64,000 nt of DNA from Macrostomum hystrix (taxonomy: Eukaryota > Animalia > Platyhelminthes): contig CATNEN010000030.1 in assembly GCA_950097015.1 (NCBI GenBank), forward strand, positions 1,798,001-1,862,000. The letters run 5' to 3'. The notes below the pieces were generated by a model. That model was given only the letters and a program-made list of their open reading frames with translations, was not told where the DNA came from and did no database searches. Shown here one piece after another: positions 1 to 10,500 of this stretch (the first letter of the stretch is position 1; every line of letters starts with the position of its first letter). The position numbers and the translations under genes were made by a program.

Positions 1-176
1 CTAGACCTATGTAGTCACACCCAGAATACTCTAGACCTATGTAGTCACACCCAGAATACTCTAGACCTATGTAGTCACACCTAGAATACTCTAGACCTAT
101 GTAGACACACCTAGAATACTCTAGACCTATGTAGTCACACCTAGAATACTCTAGACCTATGTAGTCACACCTAGAA
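1..176. repeat. 30-bp tandem repeat (CTAGACCTATGTAGTCACACCYAGAATACT), about 6 copies, truncated by window start
   Basis: Unit recurs every 30 nt in the first three lines. Confidence 0.95.
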
Positions 177-240
177 TTATTTTGACCGATGCAGATCTTA
201 TGCGCATCGAACTTCGCTGCTCGAGCTCGAGCTCGTAGCT

Positions 241-338
241 CGCCAAAAAGAGTCCAGCAGCGAACGCAGCCCTCGAACATCTGTCTTACTCAGGAACCGC
301 TTGAGCAGCACCGGCTCACTTTTCTCTTCTCTTTCTCT
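241..338. repeat. About 100-bp dispersed repeat, copy 1 (copy 2 at 3702-3811)
   Basis: CGCCAAAAAGAGTCCAGCAGCGAACGCAGCCCTCGAACATCTGTCTTACTCAGGA...CCGCTTGAGCAGCACCGGCTC plus a CT-rich tail is present at both places in the same orientation. Confidence 0.9.
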
Positions 339-802
339 TAATTCCTAATTAACGGAATTGAAACTCAACCTGGAAATTCGCTGTCAAAAATGTCTGCTCA
401 GTCGAACAGGTGCACAGGAGTCACCGCGAAATCAGCGCTCTGCAGCTAAACACCCGGGCAGTTGGAAAGCCTTTTTACTTTCGCAACCAATGCGGATATC
501 AATCCTCTACTACGCGATTTTTGTATGCCCAATCGATACAGGAAAACCTCTGGACAGTAGGGCTCCGCGTTAAAGCATGTCAGCTCAACATTTGTGCGGT
601 ATCAGCTGACACTCCCTGTTTTGAGCTAGGATTGAATTTCCTTCTGACAGTCACACACCTGTAAGAATTTTAACATTCCAATTTGACAAGCCATGTATAG
701 ATCCAAAGACTTTTTCGTAACTAACAGTTCTCTTACTTTGCATAGCTCTAATTCAGCCTATATAAACAATTGGTCCTTAACTTCATGTCACTCTCTTCGT
801 AC

Positions 803-1475
803 AAGTGTTCATCAAGCTGATCAAATCTCCATTCAAGTATTCATCAATTTGATCAACTCTCCATTCAAGTGTTCATCAAGTTGATCAAATCTCCATTCAA
901 GTATTCATCAAGTTGATCAACTCTCCATTCAAGTATTCATCAAGTTGATCAACTCTCCATTCAAGTGTTCATCAAGTTGATCAACTCTCCATTCAAGTGT
1001 TCATCAAGTTGATCAACTCTCCATTCAAGTGTTCATCAAGTTGATCAAATCTCCATTCAAGTGTTCATCAAGTTGATCAAATCTCCATTCAAGTGTTCAT
1101 CAAGTTGATCAAATCTCCATTCAAGTGTTCATCAAGTTGATCAAATCTCCATTCAAGTGTTCATCAAGTTGATCAAATCTCCATTCAAGTGTTCATCAAG
1201 TTGATCAAATCTCCATTCAAGTGTTCATCAAGTTGATCAAATCTCCATTCAAGTATTCATCAAGTTGATCAACTCTCCATTTAAGTGTTCATAAAGTTGA
1301 TCAAATCTCTATTCAAGTGTTCATCAAGTTGATCAAATCTCCATTCAAGTATTCATCAAGTTGATCAACTCTCCATTTAAGTGTTCATAAAGTTGATCAA
1401 ATCTCTATTCAAGTGTTCATCAACTTGATCAAATCTCCATTCAAGTGTTCATCAAGTTGATCAACTCTCCATTCA
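803..1475. repeat. 32-bp tandem repeat (CCATTCAAGTGTTCATCAAGTTGATCAAATCT), about 21 copies
   Basis: Direct periodicity. Units contain the palindrome TTGATCAA, or AGTTGATCAACT in variant units. Confidence 0.95.
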
Positions 1476-1858
1476 TGTCGTCAAATCAATAACTGACCGT
1501 TAATTTTGGTCTTGACTTTTCTTATTTGCGTATTTGGGCATAAAACTATTGTTTTCAGTGGCAACACGTGGGTGATAAAATAAAGAAAGACAGATTTAGA
1601 GACATTGCGATTCAGCATTTCTTCAGAATGAAGTGGGCCGCTCTGTGGCAGAGAAGTCAAATCGCCGGCATTCCCTGCTCAATTCGCTTCGATCCAGTCC
1701 ATGCTGCATCCTGGGTGGCTTGCGAGCCGCTGAGTTGCGGTTGCTTGATGGCCTAGGTGAGGAAGACTGGAGTGGCGCATCGAAAAGTTTTGCGTGCAGC
1801 CCCAGACCCACTTCATTCTCGTGTGTTGCGCGAGTTCCCGCACTCTGCTAAACTAAAC

Positions 1859-1885
1859 TCTCTGCTCTCTCTCTCTCTCTCTCTC
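1859..1885. repeat. (CT)n microsatellite
   Basis: Run of CT dinucleotides. Confidence 0.85.
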
Positions 1886-2475
1886 GCATCCCTATTATTC
1901 TTCCTGCTAGGGCTCCTCTTGTGCCGGAGGGGGCAGAAGTAGCACTTCTTGTTGTTCTATTCCTACCGACTATGTCATCTAGAACTGCTCCGTGGGTAGG
2001 ACCGACTCTCAAACTACAGCCTGTTCGAGTGTCCTCTTAGCATCTCCAACTTTCCAACTCTGCTCCCTGCAGTGTACATAATATTATGCAGTTTCTCTGA
2101 TGCTGAAGAAATACATGTCGTACCTTTTTTCTGTAGAAATCGGCACCCAACAAGCTGCCGATTGAAAGGGTTGTACAAGTAAAAGCAACACTTAGAACTG
2201 CATTTCAGCGTTTGCAAATAAACAGCAAAATAGTAAGATCAAGAGAAGATACACATTGGGATGGGAATTTTAGTTCATTACCATTGTATATCTATTAGTA
2301 CAGTTCTGCAAACAATACACAAAAAATAAACAAATAATTTGGCGACATAGTAGGCTAGCAAGATCTGCCATGGCGCTATTATTAACTCAGAGCTAGACAT
2401 GCAAGTCACGTGACAGTTGCGAGACGGTAAAATAGTTTATGAGACAGTTGAATAGTGTTGCTTCAGGCCATAATT

Positions 2476-2835
2476 CAGGAGTCACGCGATGTTTGCAAGA
2501 CAGTTGAATATTTCTGCCTAAGTGTAGGCTCAGGAGTCACGTGATATTTACGAGACTGATGAATATTTCTGCCTAAGTGTAGGCACAGGAGTCACGTGAT
2601 GTTTACGAAACAGTTGAATATCTCTGCCTAAGTGTAGGCTCAGGAGTCACGTGATATTTACGAGACAGATGAATATTTCTGCCTAAGTGCAGGCACAGGA
2701 GTCACGTGATGTTTACGAAACAGTTGAATATTTCTGCCTAAGTGCAGGCACAGGAGTCACGTGATGTTTACGAAACAGATGAATATTTCTGCCTAAGTGC
2801 AGGCACAGGAGTCACGTCATGTTTACGTGACAGTT
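2476..2835. repeat. 55-bp tandem repeat, about 6.5 copies; most units carry GTCACGTGA (E-box), the first and last carry one-base variants
   Basis: CAGGAGTCAC starts at 2476, 2531, 2586, 2641, 2696, 2751 and 2806. Confidence 0.95.
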
Positions 2836-3701
2836 TAATTGTTCTTCCCAAGACCAGACTCAGGAGTCAATGTTACGAGACAGGAAAGGTTACCGATGTG
2901 AGAATTTAGTTTAACTACGCTAAATGGCCCACTTAAATTAATTGAAATTAGGTGTATAAGCCAAATGCGAGATCAATCGAACTTCTAAACAAAGGAATTT
3001 TTCTGTAATTTTTTTGAGCCAGCTGTGCGCTGCACCGGCAGCAGACGCCCTCTCATGCAGCCGCAGCCCATAACTAGTTTGACTCCCTAGCAATGCACCT
3101 GGATGGCAGATTCCAAATCTAAAAATCCCTACGCACAAAAATTCCTATATTGCAATCTCTCCCAGTTGATGGCAACACTGTGTATAGCAGCACGCAGCTA
3201 TTCAGATTTTACTTTCCGGCACTTTGCTTTGCCCTCTTCCGGTTGAATTGTACCCTGGAATAATTTGCGAGTCCAAATCCAATTGCACAGTGGCTAACAA
3301 TTTACATTGTGAAGCAGTTTTCCCGTTTTCTTGTAGCAGCCGTTCACATTGCTAGGGTCTTATTGAATCTGACTGGCATGTTTGACAACGACAAAATTCA
3401 TCACGTTGGGTTCACAGGTCGTACACAGTGCGTCTTGACGGTTCTAAATACCTAGCTGAGAAAGCTATGCTGTCTCCTACGTTCAGTGACATATATCATA
3501 TCTTGATTCTATTTAACTTCAGCTGACGTAAAGGACTTTAACGAAAACAGCCATTGATTCTATGGCCATCACTGTCCCAAAAGCGACATTTTTCCTGAAA
3601 CAGACAGTAGAATAGATCTCGCAGATCTCCAGCAGTAGATCTAATAGAATGAAACTGGAAAAGTCTATCCTATATAATATCAGCGCTCCTTCGAGTCAAA
3701 G

Positions 3702-3811
3702 CGCCAAAAAGAGTCCAGCAGCGAACGCAGCCCTCGAACATCTGTCTTACTCAGGACCCGCGCTGTATACCGCTTGAGCAGCACCGGCTCTCTTTTCTCT
3801 TCTCTTTCTCT
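3702..3811. repeat. About 100-bp dispersed repeat, copy 2 (12 nt longer than copy 1)
   Basis: Near-identical to 241-338. CAGGACCCGCGCTGTATACCGCTTGAG here versus CAGGAACCGCTTGAG in copy 1. Confidence 0.9.
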
Positions 3812-4269
3812 CACGCCTCACTGGCTTACAATTTTAGAGGGTCGAGTCCGCATGCAAAATTCGCATTATATATTTAGCATTAGGAACGTGGCGGGTGTGC
3901 CAGCAGGCCTAGGGAGTAAGGAGTAAGGAGAATTGAGAATTAATCCTCTGCAGCCGAATGCATACGCAGGACGAAGCGATGGGCAACTGATCCTTGCCTC
4001 GTGCACACACAGAGCCGAAATCCATGCGATCAATGCCTCCTCGACTCTGGGCCATTGCTAGCTGCCCCGCTACCACCCGCTCCCAATCGGATTCATCAAT
4101 TATGCACTTGGGGACTGCGAGAGTGCGGCTGCTTCTGGTGCCACGTCTTCAATTGTTGATGGCGGCGGCGGGCGGCTGCTGCTCCTGGGTGGATTCGCTG
4201 CACTGTACTCTAGCTTTCAGGATGCGATTATTTGGGGAAAATTTTCTGTTGGGAAAGCTGCGTTTTCTG

Positions 4270-4622
4270 CTTTGATGTGCCTCTGTCGACCAACTTAGAT
4301 GTGTCTCTGTCGACCATGTTAGATGTGCCTCTGTCGACCATGTTAGATGTGTCTCTGTCGACCATGTTAGATGTGCCTCTGTCGACCATGTTAGATGTGT
4401 CTCTGTCGACCATGTTAGATGTGTTTCTGTCGACCATCTTAGATGTGCCTCTGTCAACCATGTTAGATGTGTCTCTGTCGACCATGTTAGATGTGTTTCT
4501 GTCGACCATGTTAGATGTGTCTCTGTCGACCATGTTAGATGTGTTTCTGTCGACCATGTTAGATGTGTTTCTGTCGACCATCTTAGACGTGTCTCTGTCG
4601 ACCATGTTAGATTCGTCTCTGT
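4270..4622. repeat. 24-bp tandem repeat (CTCTGTCGACCATGTTAGATGTGT), about 14 copies
   Basis: Direct periodicity. Explains the STMLDVSL and MVDRDTSN repeat ORFs. Confidence 0.95.
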
Positions 4623-6123
4623 AGACTATTCCTAAGGGTTTTTTATTTGCAAAAAATAGAGTTTGTTAAAATCAACACTCAGTTGTGTTCATAGCAAGAT
4701 ATTTAGCTTTTTTATTAATCGTTAAGCTAGGATTTTCCGGCCTTAATTGTAGAACCGTTTTGCGCGCATTACTGACACATAAGCTTTCAATATTCAGATG
4801 AGAAACCCTTCTGTTCTTTTCATTCATTTCCATTTGCCGAATGCTTTTAAGTTCCTTGGATTTCCTGGCTGCGGACTCTGCTCTGCTCATATTGATGTTT
4901 TATTTTCAGATTTCTGTCAAATCGTGCCCACGGTAGAAATATCTCCCATTTGTAAATGGGCGGGCCGGTCAATAGCCGAGCTCTCCTGTGCGCAAAACGG
5001 CACGAATAAAAAGGATTTCTTAGGTGAATAAAATTTTCCCACCTTTTCATTTTCGCCAGCTTCCCAATCGTGTCTCCACTCTCTCCTCCCCTCCAGCTGC
5101 CTCAGTCGCTGTCATTCGCACTCACAAATCAAATTGCCCTAGGCCTCCCAACCACCAAGAGAAGTTTCGATAGACAGCTTGTAAGTGCACCGGTGCCTCA
5201 TACCGATAGATCCATGCAGTTGAACAAAACTTTAAATGTGGTGATATCTTTCCATTTGCCACACTGAATTTTAATAACTTATGGACTTACAAAATGCTAA
5301 TTATTCTCTATTTTAACTTTATGGAAATCAGATCTGCACTTATTGCTTTGATGAACGGCCGACGTGCTTGTCTGAGACCGAGAAAATATGTTCCTAGTTC
5401 AGTTGAAATCACTTGAAACTGTTATTCATTAAATAAATCAAAAATAAGAAAATCAAAAGCTTGCCGAAAAAACTGCCTTTGTTTGTTAGTGTGGCGCTCG
5501 TGTAATTAAAATGAGCATTTGAAAAGCTTAAATTTGTGCGGGACCCGGCAAGTGTTTGGCAGTGAGTCGCATTAATCGACTAGTTACACCGCTATCTAAT
5601 AATAATAATGATAATAATGGCACTGCAGTAAGCAATGCAAAATGAAAAGCTCCTCTGACTTGCAAGAGCCAGACAGTCTTGATCAGAGGCTGGACATTTT
5701 ACAGGTAAAACTACAACAGGTGATTTAACTGGAAATCTGTTCGCCAAATCTGCAAAGTACATTAGGAGGTCGCGTCCCGGTGAACAACGATACAATAAGT
5801 GCCGAAAACCTTTCCAATTATGCAGATGGGCCCGCGCTTCAAATGCAGGCCATTTGAAACCGGATACTGCTGACCAGCTGGTTGCAAATCTGCTGAATTG
5901 AGACGGCCAGTGCCCCGATTATAAAATCGTTACATCTAAAGAGAATGAAAATAGTAGTCTCTGCAGAGGATTGTTTTAATGTTAGCCTTGTGCGGCGCCG
6001 AGAGCATCCGACGAGACGTTTTGTCTTGAGAGTCTATTCAAAAAAGAGTATTTCGAGGTTTCGCAGAATTGAATGGACGTTGAATGGGCGCCACTCCGCA
6101 ATTTGGCAAGCTCAACTGGCAAG

Positions 6124-7506
6124 TCAGACTGCGCCGTTGCTTCTGACAGACTTCCGGCAAGCCAGCAGGAAGCCTCCACCGTTTTGCATCTCAGGGTCGT
6201 GCACGACCGCCGTCGTCGCCGATATTGTTGCATCGCCAGTTGCCACCAGTGCAATCGCCGTCCCTGACGCTGTCGCATGAGCGCAATCAGCTAGCTCGTC
6301 TTCGTCGTCGTCCTCTTCATCGTCCTCGTCTTCGTAGCTAATACGACCGCGGCGCACTGAGGCTGCCTTTGCGTGGGCAACGCGGCTGCGTCTAGTTCCG
6401 TCCGCTGTTGGGGCATTCGCAGCATGCGGACGGGAGCGGCTGGCGCAGCAGCAGAATACGGCTGACATCATACGTTGGCGGAAGGACTGCATGATGATGC
6501 AATAAACCACGGGGTTGGTACACGAGTTAAGCGTCACCAGCGCAACGCCTATCAGCTGAGTCGGCGAGTTGTACACGTACTGGACGATTTCCAGGTGTCC
6601 CAACAGATAGTAGATACAATCGTAGCTGAAGCACACAATGAAAATTCCTGTAATTATCACCGCAGACTTAGTAAGCTCTGTCGCCGCCCTCTGGCGAAGC
6701 TTGCTAGTCTGCATTCCGCGGTCGCCAAGGCGATAGATGATGACAGCGTACAAGCAGACCACGGCAGCAACTGGTCCGAGGTACACCACAAAAAACCACA
6801 CAAAGCCATAAACGCGAAAAGCTTTTTTGAACACTTTGCTAGTGATTTCGGTGCTACAGATGTTGTTCTGTGCATCAAACTCCACCGAGAAGACGTCGAT
6901 AATATTGACTGCAAGAGAATAGCCGTGCAATACCAACAGGTGTACCACGGCGCTCTTGTAGCCCAGCGTTTTGTACTTGACCGGCTTGTACACGGCGAAA
7001 AAGCGATCGATGGCTATGAGGATTAGGTTCTGAACACTGCTGAACACGAAGTACCAGTACAGCAGCTGGCTAGCAATCACGTGGCACAGTAGAAAGCCTA
7101 CGCCAGTATTGCTGGTTGGATTCTGGGCGGGCTTCACCAACAAAATCAGAGTGACAACGCAGACCATGAAGTCCATGACCGTCTGATGAAGGAACACGGC
7201 CGAGGCAAACTTTGACTGGTAGCGGCGCCTTAACAGCGTCAGGATCACCAGGAAGTTTCCGATCATGCCTAAAGTGGTCAGGACGCCCTGAATCCAGTGC
7301 AGGATCTCCACCCACCAGGACAAATAGGCCGGTGGGGCCGCTGTTCCATTGGTGGCATTCCAGAAGTCCAGCGATAACAGAGCCGAATAGTTTAGAAGCG
7401 CAGTGGTGTTGCCAGAAAACTGCTGTCGCTGCGGGCGGTAGGTCAGGTTTTGATTGTATTGATCCAGACTAATTAGAAATTCACGGCGTATCTGTTGCTC
7501 TTCCAT
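6124..7506 (-). CDS. Rhodopsin-family (class A) GPCR, peptide-receptor-like (galanin/allatostatin-type region of the family), single exon, 460 aa from ATG 7506
   Basis: Seven hydrophobic segments with TM1 GN (GMIGNFLV), TM2 Asp (HQTVMDF), TM3 Cys and DRF (IAIDRFFAVYKP), ECL2 Cys (NNICSTE), TM5 P and Y, and TM7 NSCTNPVVY. N-terminal N-glycosylation sequons. TGA stop at 6124-6126. Confidence 0.93.
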   Translation of the reverse strand: MEEQQIRREFLISLDQYNQNLTYRPQRQQFSGNTTALLNYSALLSLDFWNATNGTAAPPAYLSWWVEILHWIQGVLTTLGMIGNFLVILTLLRRRYQSKFASAVFLHQTVMDFMVCVVTLILLVKPAQNPTSNTGVGFLLCHVIASQLLYWYFVFSSVQNLILIAIDRFFAVYKPVKYKTLGYKSAVVHLLVLHGYSLAVNIIDVFSVEFDAQNNICSTEITSKVFKKAFRVYGFVWFFVVYLGPVAAVVCLYAVIIYRLGDRGMQTSKLRQRAATELTKSAVIITGIFIVCFSYDCIYYLLGHLEIVQYVYNSPTQLIGVALVTLNSCTNPVVYCIIMQSFRQRMMSAVFCCCASRSRPHAANAPTADGTRRSRVAHAKAASVRRGRISYEDEDDEEDDDEDELADCAHATASGTAIALVATGDATISATTAVVHDPEMQNGGGFLLACRKSVRSNGAV

Positions 7507-10500
7507 CCTAAGCTCAAGTAACAGCAAGCGAGGGCTCGGACCGAGCTGCACCAATGAGATTATCAGTGGCTTCAAGAACCAATTCGATGCTTTAATGTCG
7601 ATAAATCAACTCGACAGCATGATCGAATTGTCGAAGTCTCAGACTGAAATATTTTCGAAACTTCTGATGAATTTTGGCAATGCTTTCGACAGCTCGGCTG
7701 ACAAGAGTCTCTTAAGTGACTTTTATTCAGTTTGCTCAAGCCAGACGCCTACGAAACTATCAGAAAATTCCTCTGCGCCCCTACCTGGGGATCTATATTT
7801 TTCTCAGCCCGAACTGCCTGCCATTGGCTGTAGGTTTCGGTCAATGGCTGAGCGACTGAAATAGTGTTGTTTGTGTGTCTTAAGTCTTTCACACAAGGGA
7901 GAGAGAAAGAGAAGCAGGGGTTGTGGGAGAAGTGTTTGGGTGGCACATTGGGTGGCATCAGTCAAATTGGAGAGCAGCAGCGGAGGAGGAGGCTGAAGTG
8001 CAAAAAACACTCTCCTCCCTTTGCCACCGGTGATATCGACAGACGTTTTCAATCGGAGAGCAGTCAGCTCCCCGTCGCGCTGAAAAGCAAATTTCACTCG
8101 ATATTCATGTGGATGAGACTCTCTGACAGCGGGCTTTTGAATCTTCGTCGATCCGACAAGCAAAATGAATCGAGACCCTGCTATAATGTAGATTAAATAG
8201 ATTTCAATCATGACATAGCTCAGACAGGATGATCTGTCAACCTGTCACTGATTTATAAACTTGTTCTGTCTGGGGGCTATACAATGTTTTAAGCTCGGCA
8301 AAGTTAGTTTAAGTTATCGTAATGGCTCTATAGGCCTTTATATAGAGGAAAATAGCTGTATGTGAAAAAAAATCAACAAATTGGTTGTTAACTTGGGAGA
8401 GAAATTTTAATTTGCCTTTCCAGCTCTGGGAATCTTTGTACATCGGATCCCGTGTCTCATTAAGCATGGACGAGAGCTAGCATTTCATCCATATGCCGAG
8501 ACACAGCCGCATAATTAGTTGCCTAGCTTTAGCTTGCTGACTAGCTAAGAAGCCGTTTCCACTTCCGACTCTGTGATGGGGCCTTTCTCGCAGCAATTGT
8601 TGCTTTGGGATCTGCATGAGGCTGCCAGTATCGTATTTAAAAATAAGCCATGCCGTTTTCAGCCGCTGAGCTGACACGCGAGAAACGCTGCAGTATTTCA
8701 TGCGGATCATGAAGACAAAGATGACTATAGCGCAATGTTACTCGAATCCAAATCACTGTAAACCACCTCAGAAGTATAGTGCCTCAGAAAACAATGCGAG
8801 CGATCGGGAATATAAAAACAATGAATCAGGTCATAAAAGGTGCTCTAGCGACTACAGGAAAAATCTATTACGAGCAAGTACGATTCTGGGAAGGTATCTC
8901 TCTTAACTTAACTTAATTGTTTTAATCTATTATTAAATTTCTGTCAATCATTGTGTTTAAGAAATAAACTAAATTAGCACGTCAAATACTCGTACACGAC
9001 AGGCATCGCGGTATCATTCCTGTGCGTATCCAGTCTTGTACCTCTATTGCGTTTGCTTCTCACTGCATGGGCTGCCTCTCTGATTGGCTGGACTACGATT
9101 TTCTCTCCTTCGCCTGCAGCCACCCCCGCCCCGCACCCACCCAGCCCCGCACCCACCCCAGCCCACCGTTGAGCCAGAATTGACTACCGCTGCAAATTTC
9201 GTTAGTCTCGGTGGACTTGGGTTCAGTTGGAACATGGTATTGTACTGCCTCCCCATTGTATTGAGTGTCGGAACACACTGATCTCTTTTATTGCGTCTTT
9301 GTGTCTGAATTAGATGCGCCAGATTTTCCCGCATTTGCTTTCAGAAAAAATTCATGCCTAAGCAACGGGGCCAATGCCACAGATTTAATTGACACTTTAC
9401 GAGCCACATGGAATCTAGTGCTGACAGACCAGGCTATTTAATGCTATAATCAGCCAACAAGCACACCTGAGCCAGCATTGCATTGCCACATTGCATTGCC
9501 TCTAATTGACATGCATGCTAATGGGCCTTATGCGGTCCTCAGGCGAGTGCGTATTACTCAGCTTTGTTCTCATCTGTCCGCTTCACTAGTGACGATCTGA
9601 AATCACTAGCAGGGTCTAAATTTAGCACTCAAATGGCGACATCAGAAATAAGTATTTAGTTTGAGTTACATTCAAATAAACATTCAAATATTAAAGTAAC
9701 CAAGTGAGAAAATTTAGACAACTTATTGGGAATTCGTTTTTTATGACCCGTGCAGGCACATACAGTTTATAGGGTGTGACCAAAACGCTTAATAATTCCG
9801 ATTAAATTTAACATTCGAAGCAGGAGTCGATTTCTAATTCTCAAATTTTCAGTTCTTGGATTTCAAATTCGGAATAATAACTGATATTCTTGATCAGGGT
9901 GTGGTTCTTTCAAAACCGAAGCCAAAATGCACTTTTGTGAGTTGATGCCCGCGTCTACATGAGTCAGTTTGCAGGCAAGGTTGAATTAAATGGCGATACA
10001 ATAGCAGGTTGCGATGCGACATCTGCATTCGGTCACATGCTATCGCAAACCCATTCATGTTACCATGCCACAATGCAACCTGCAAATGTCCTGAGACAAT
10101 GAGCACCTGTACCTCTGCTGAGCACTTTTGCCCACAAAAGTCCCTCTAATCGTTTGCGTGTATCGTTGATAAGCTATTATGCGTTGCGTGTTGCGAAAAA
10201 AACCTTTTCTGTGTCAATGCTGTAGAAATCGAGCTTTAACAAGCAGCTGAAACGCAGCTGAAATGTATTCGGGCTTAATCCTCATGGTGGGAAAAATGCT
10301 GTGCATTGACGAATTTTCCTTCGACTCAAAGGTTGCTCGTAAATTACATACCATCGCGATCGACTTGAGCCACCTGTTGGAGGCTGTGAAACTTGTTGCT
10401 AGAGTGATTAGCAGTGCAATTGTCAGGTGGTTAGCATGCTCATATAAAAGGAGTCAGCTTAGTAACCATTTCAAGTGCGAATGACTGCAGAGACATTATT

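Noticed and set aside
3940-4275. GC-richer stretch that might be an exon
   Set aside because: No recognisable domain in any frame and no consistent splice-site pair.
6475-7026. 183-aa + strand ORF, and similar ones at 17413-17934, 19623-20042 and 59025-59798
   Set aside because: These are antisense shadows of real GC-rich coding exons with no independent protein motifs.
7990-8135. Minus-strand peptide HPHEYRVKFAFQRDGELTALRLKTSVD resembling a molybdopterin oxidoreductase (xanthine dehydrogenase-type) segment
   Set aside because: The resemblance is short and by eye only, with no flanking exons of such an enzyme and no convincing splice sites. A tBLASTn or HMM hit would be needed.
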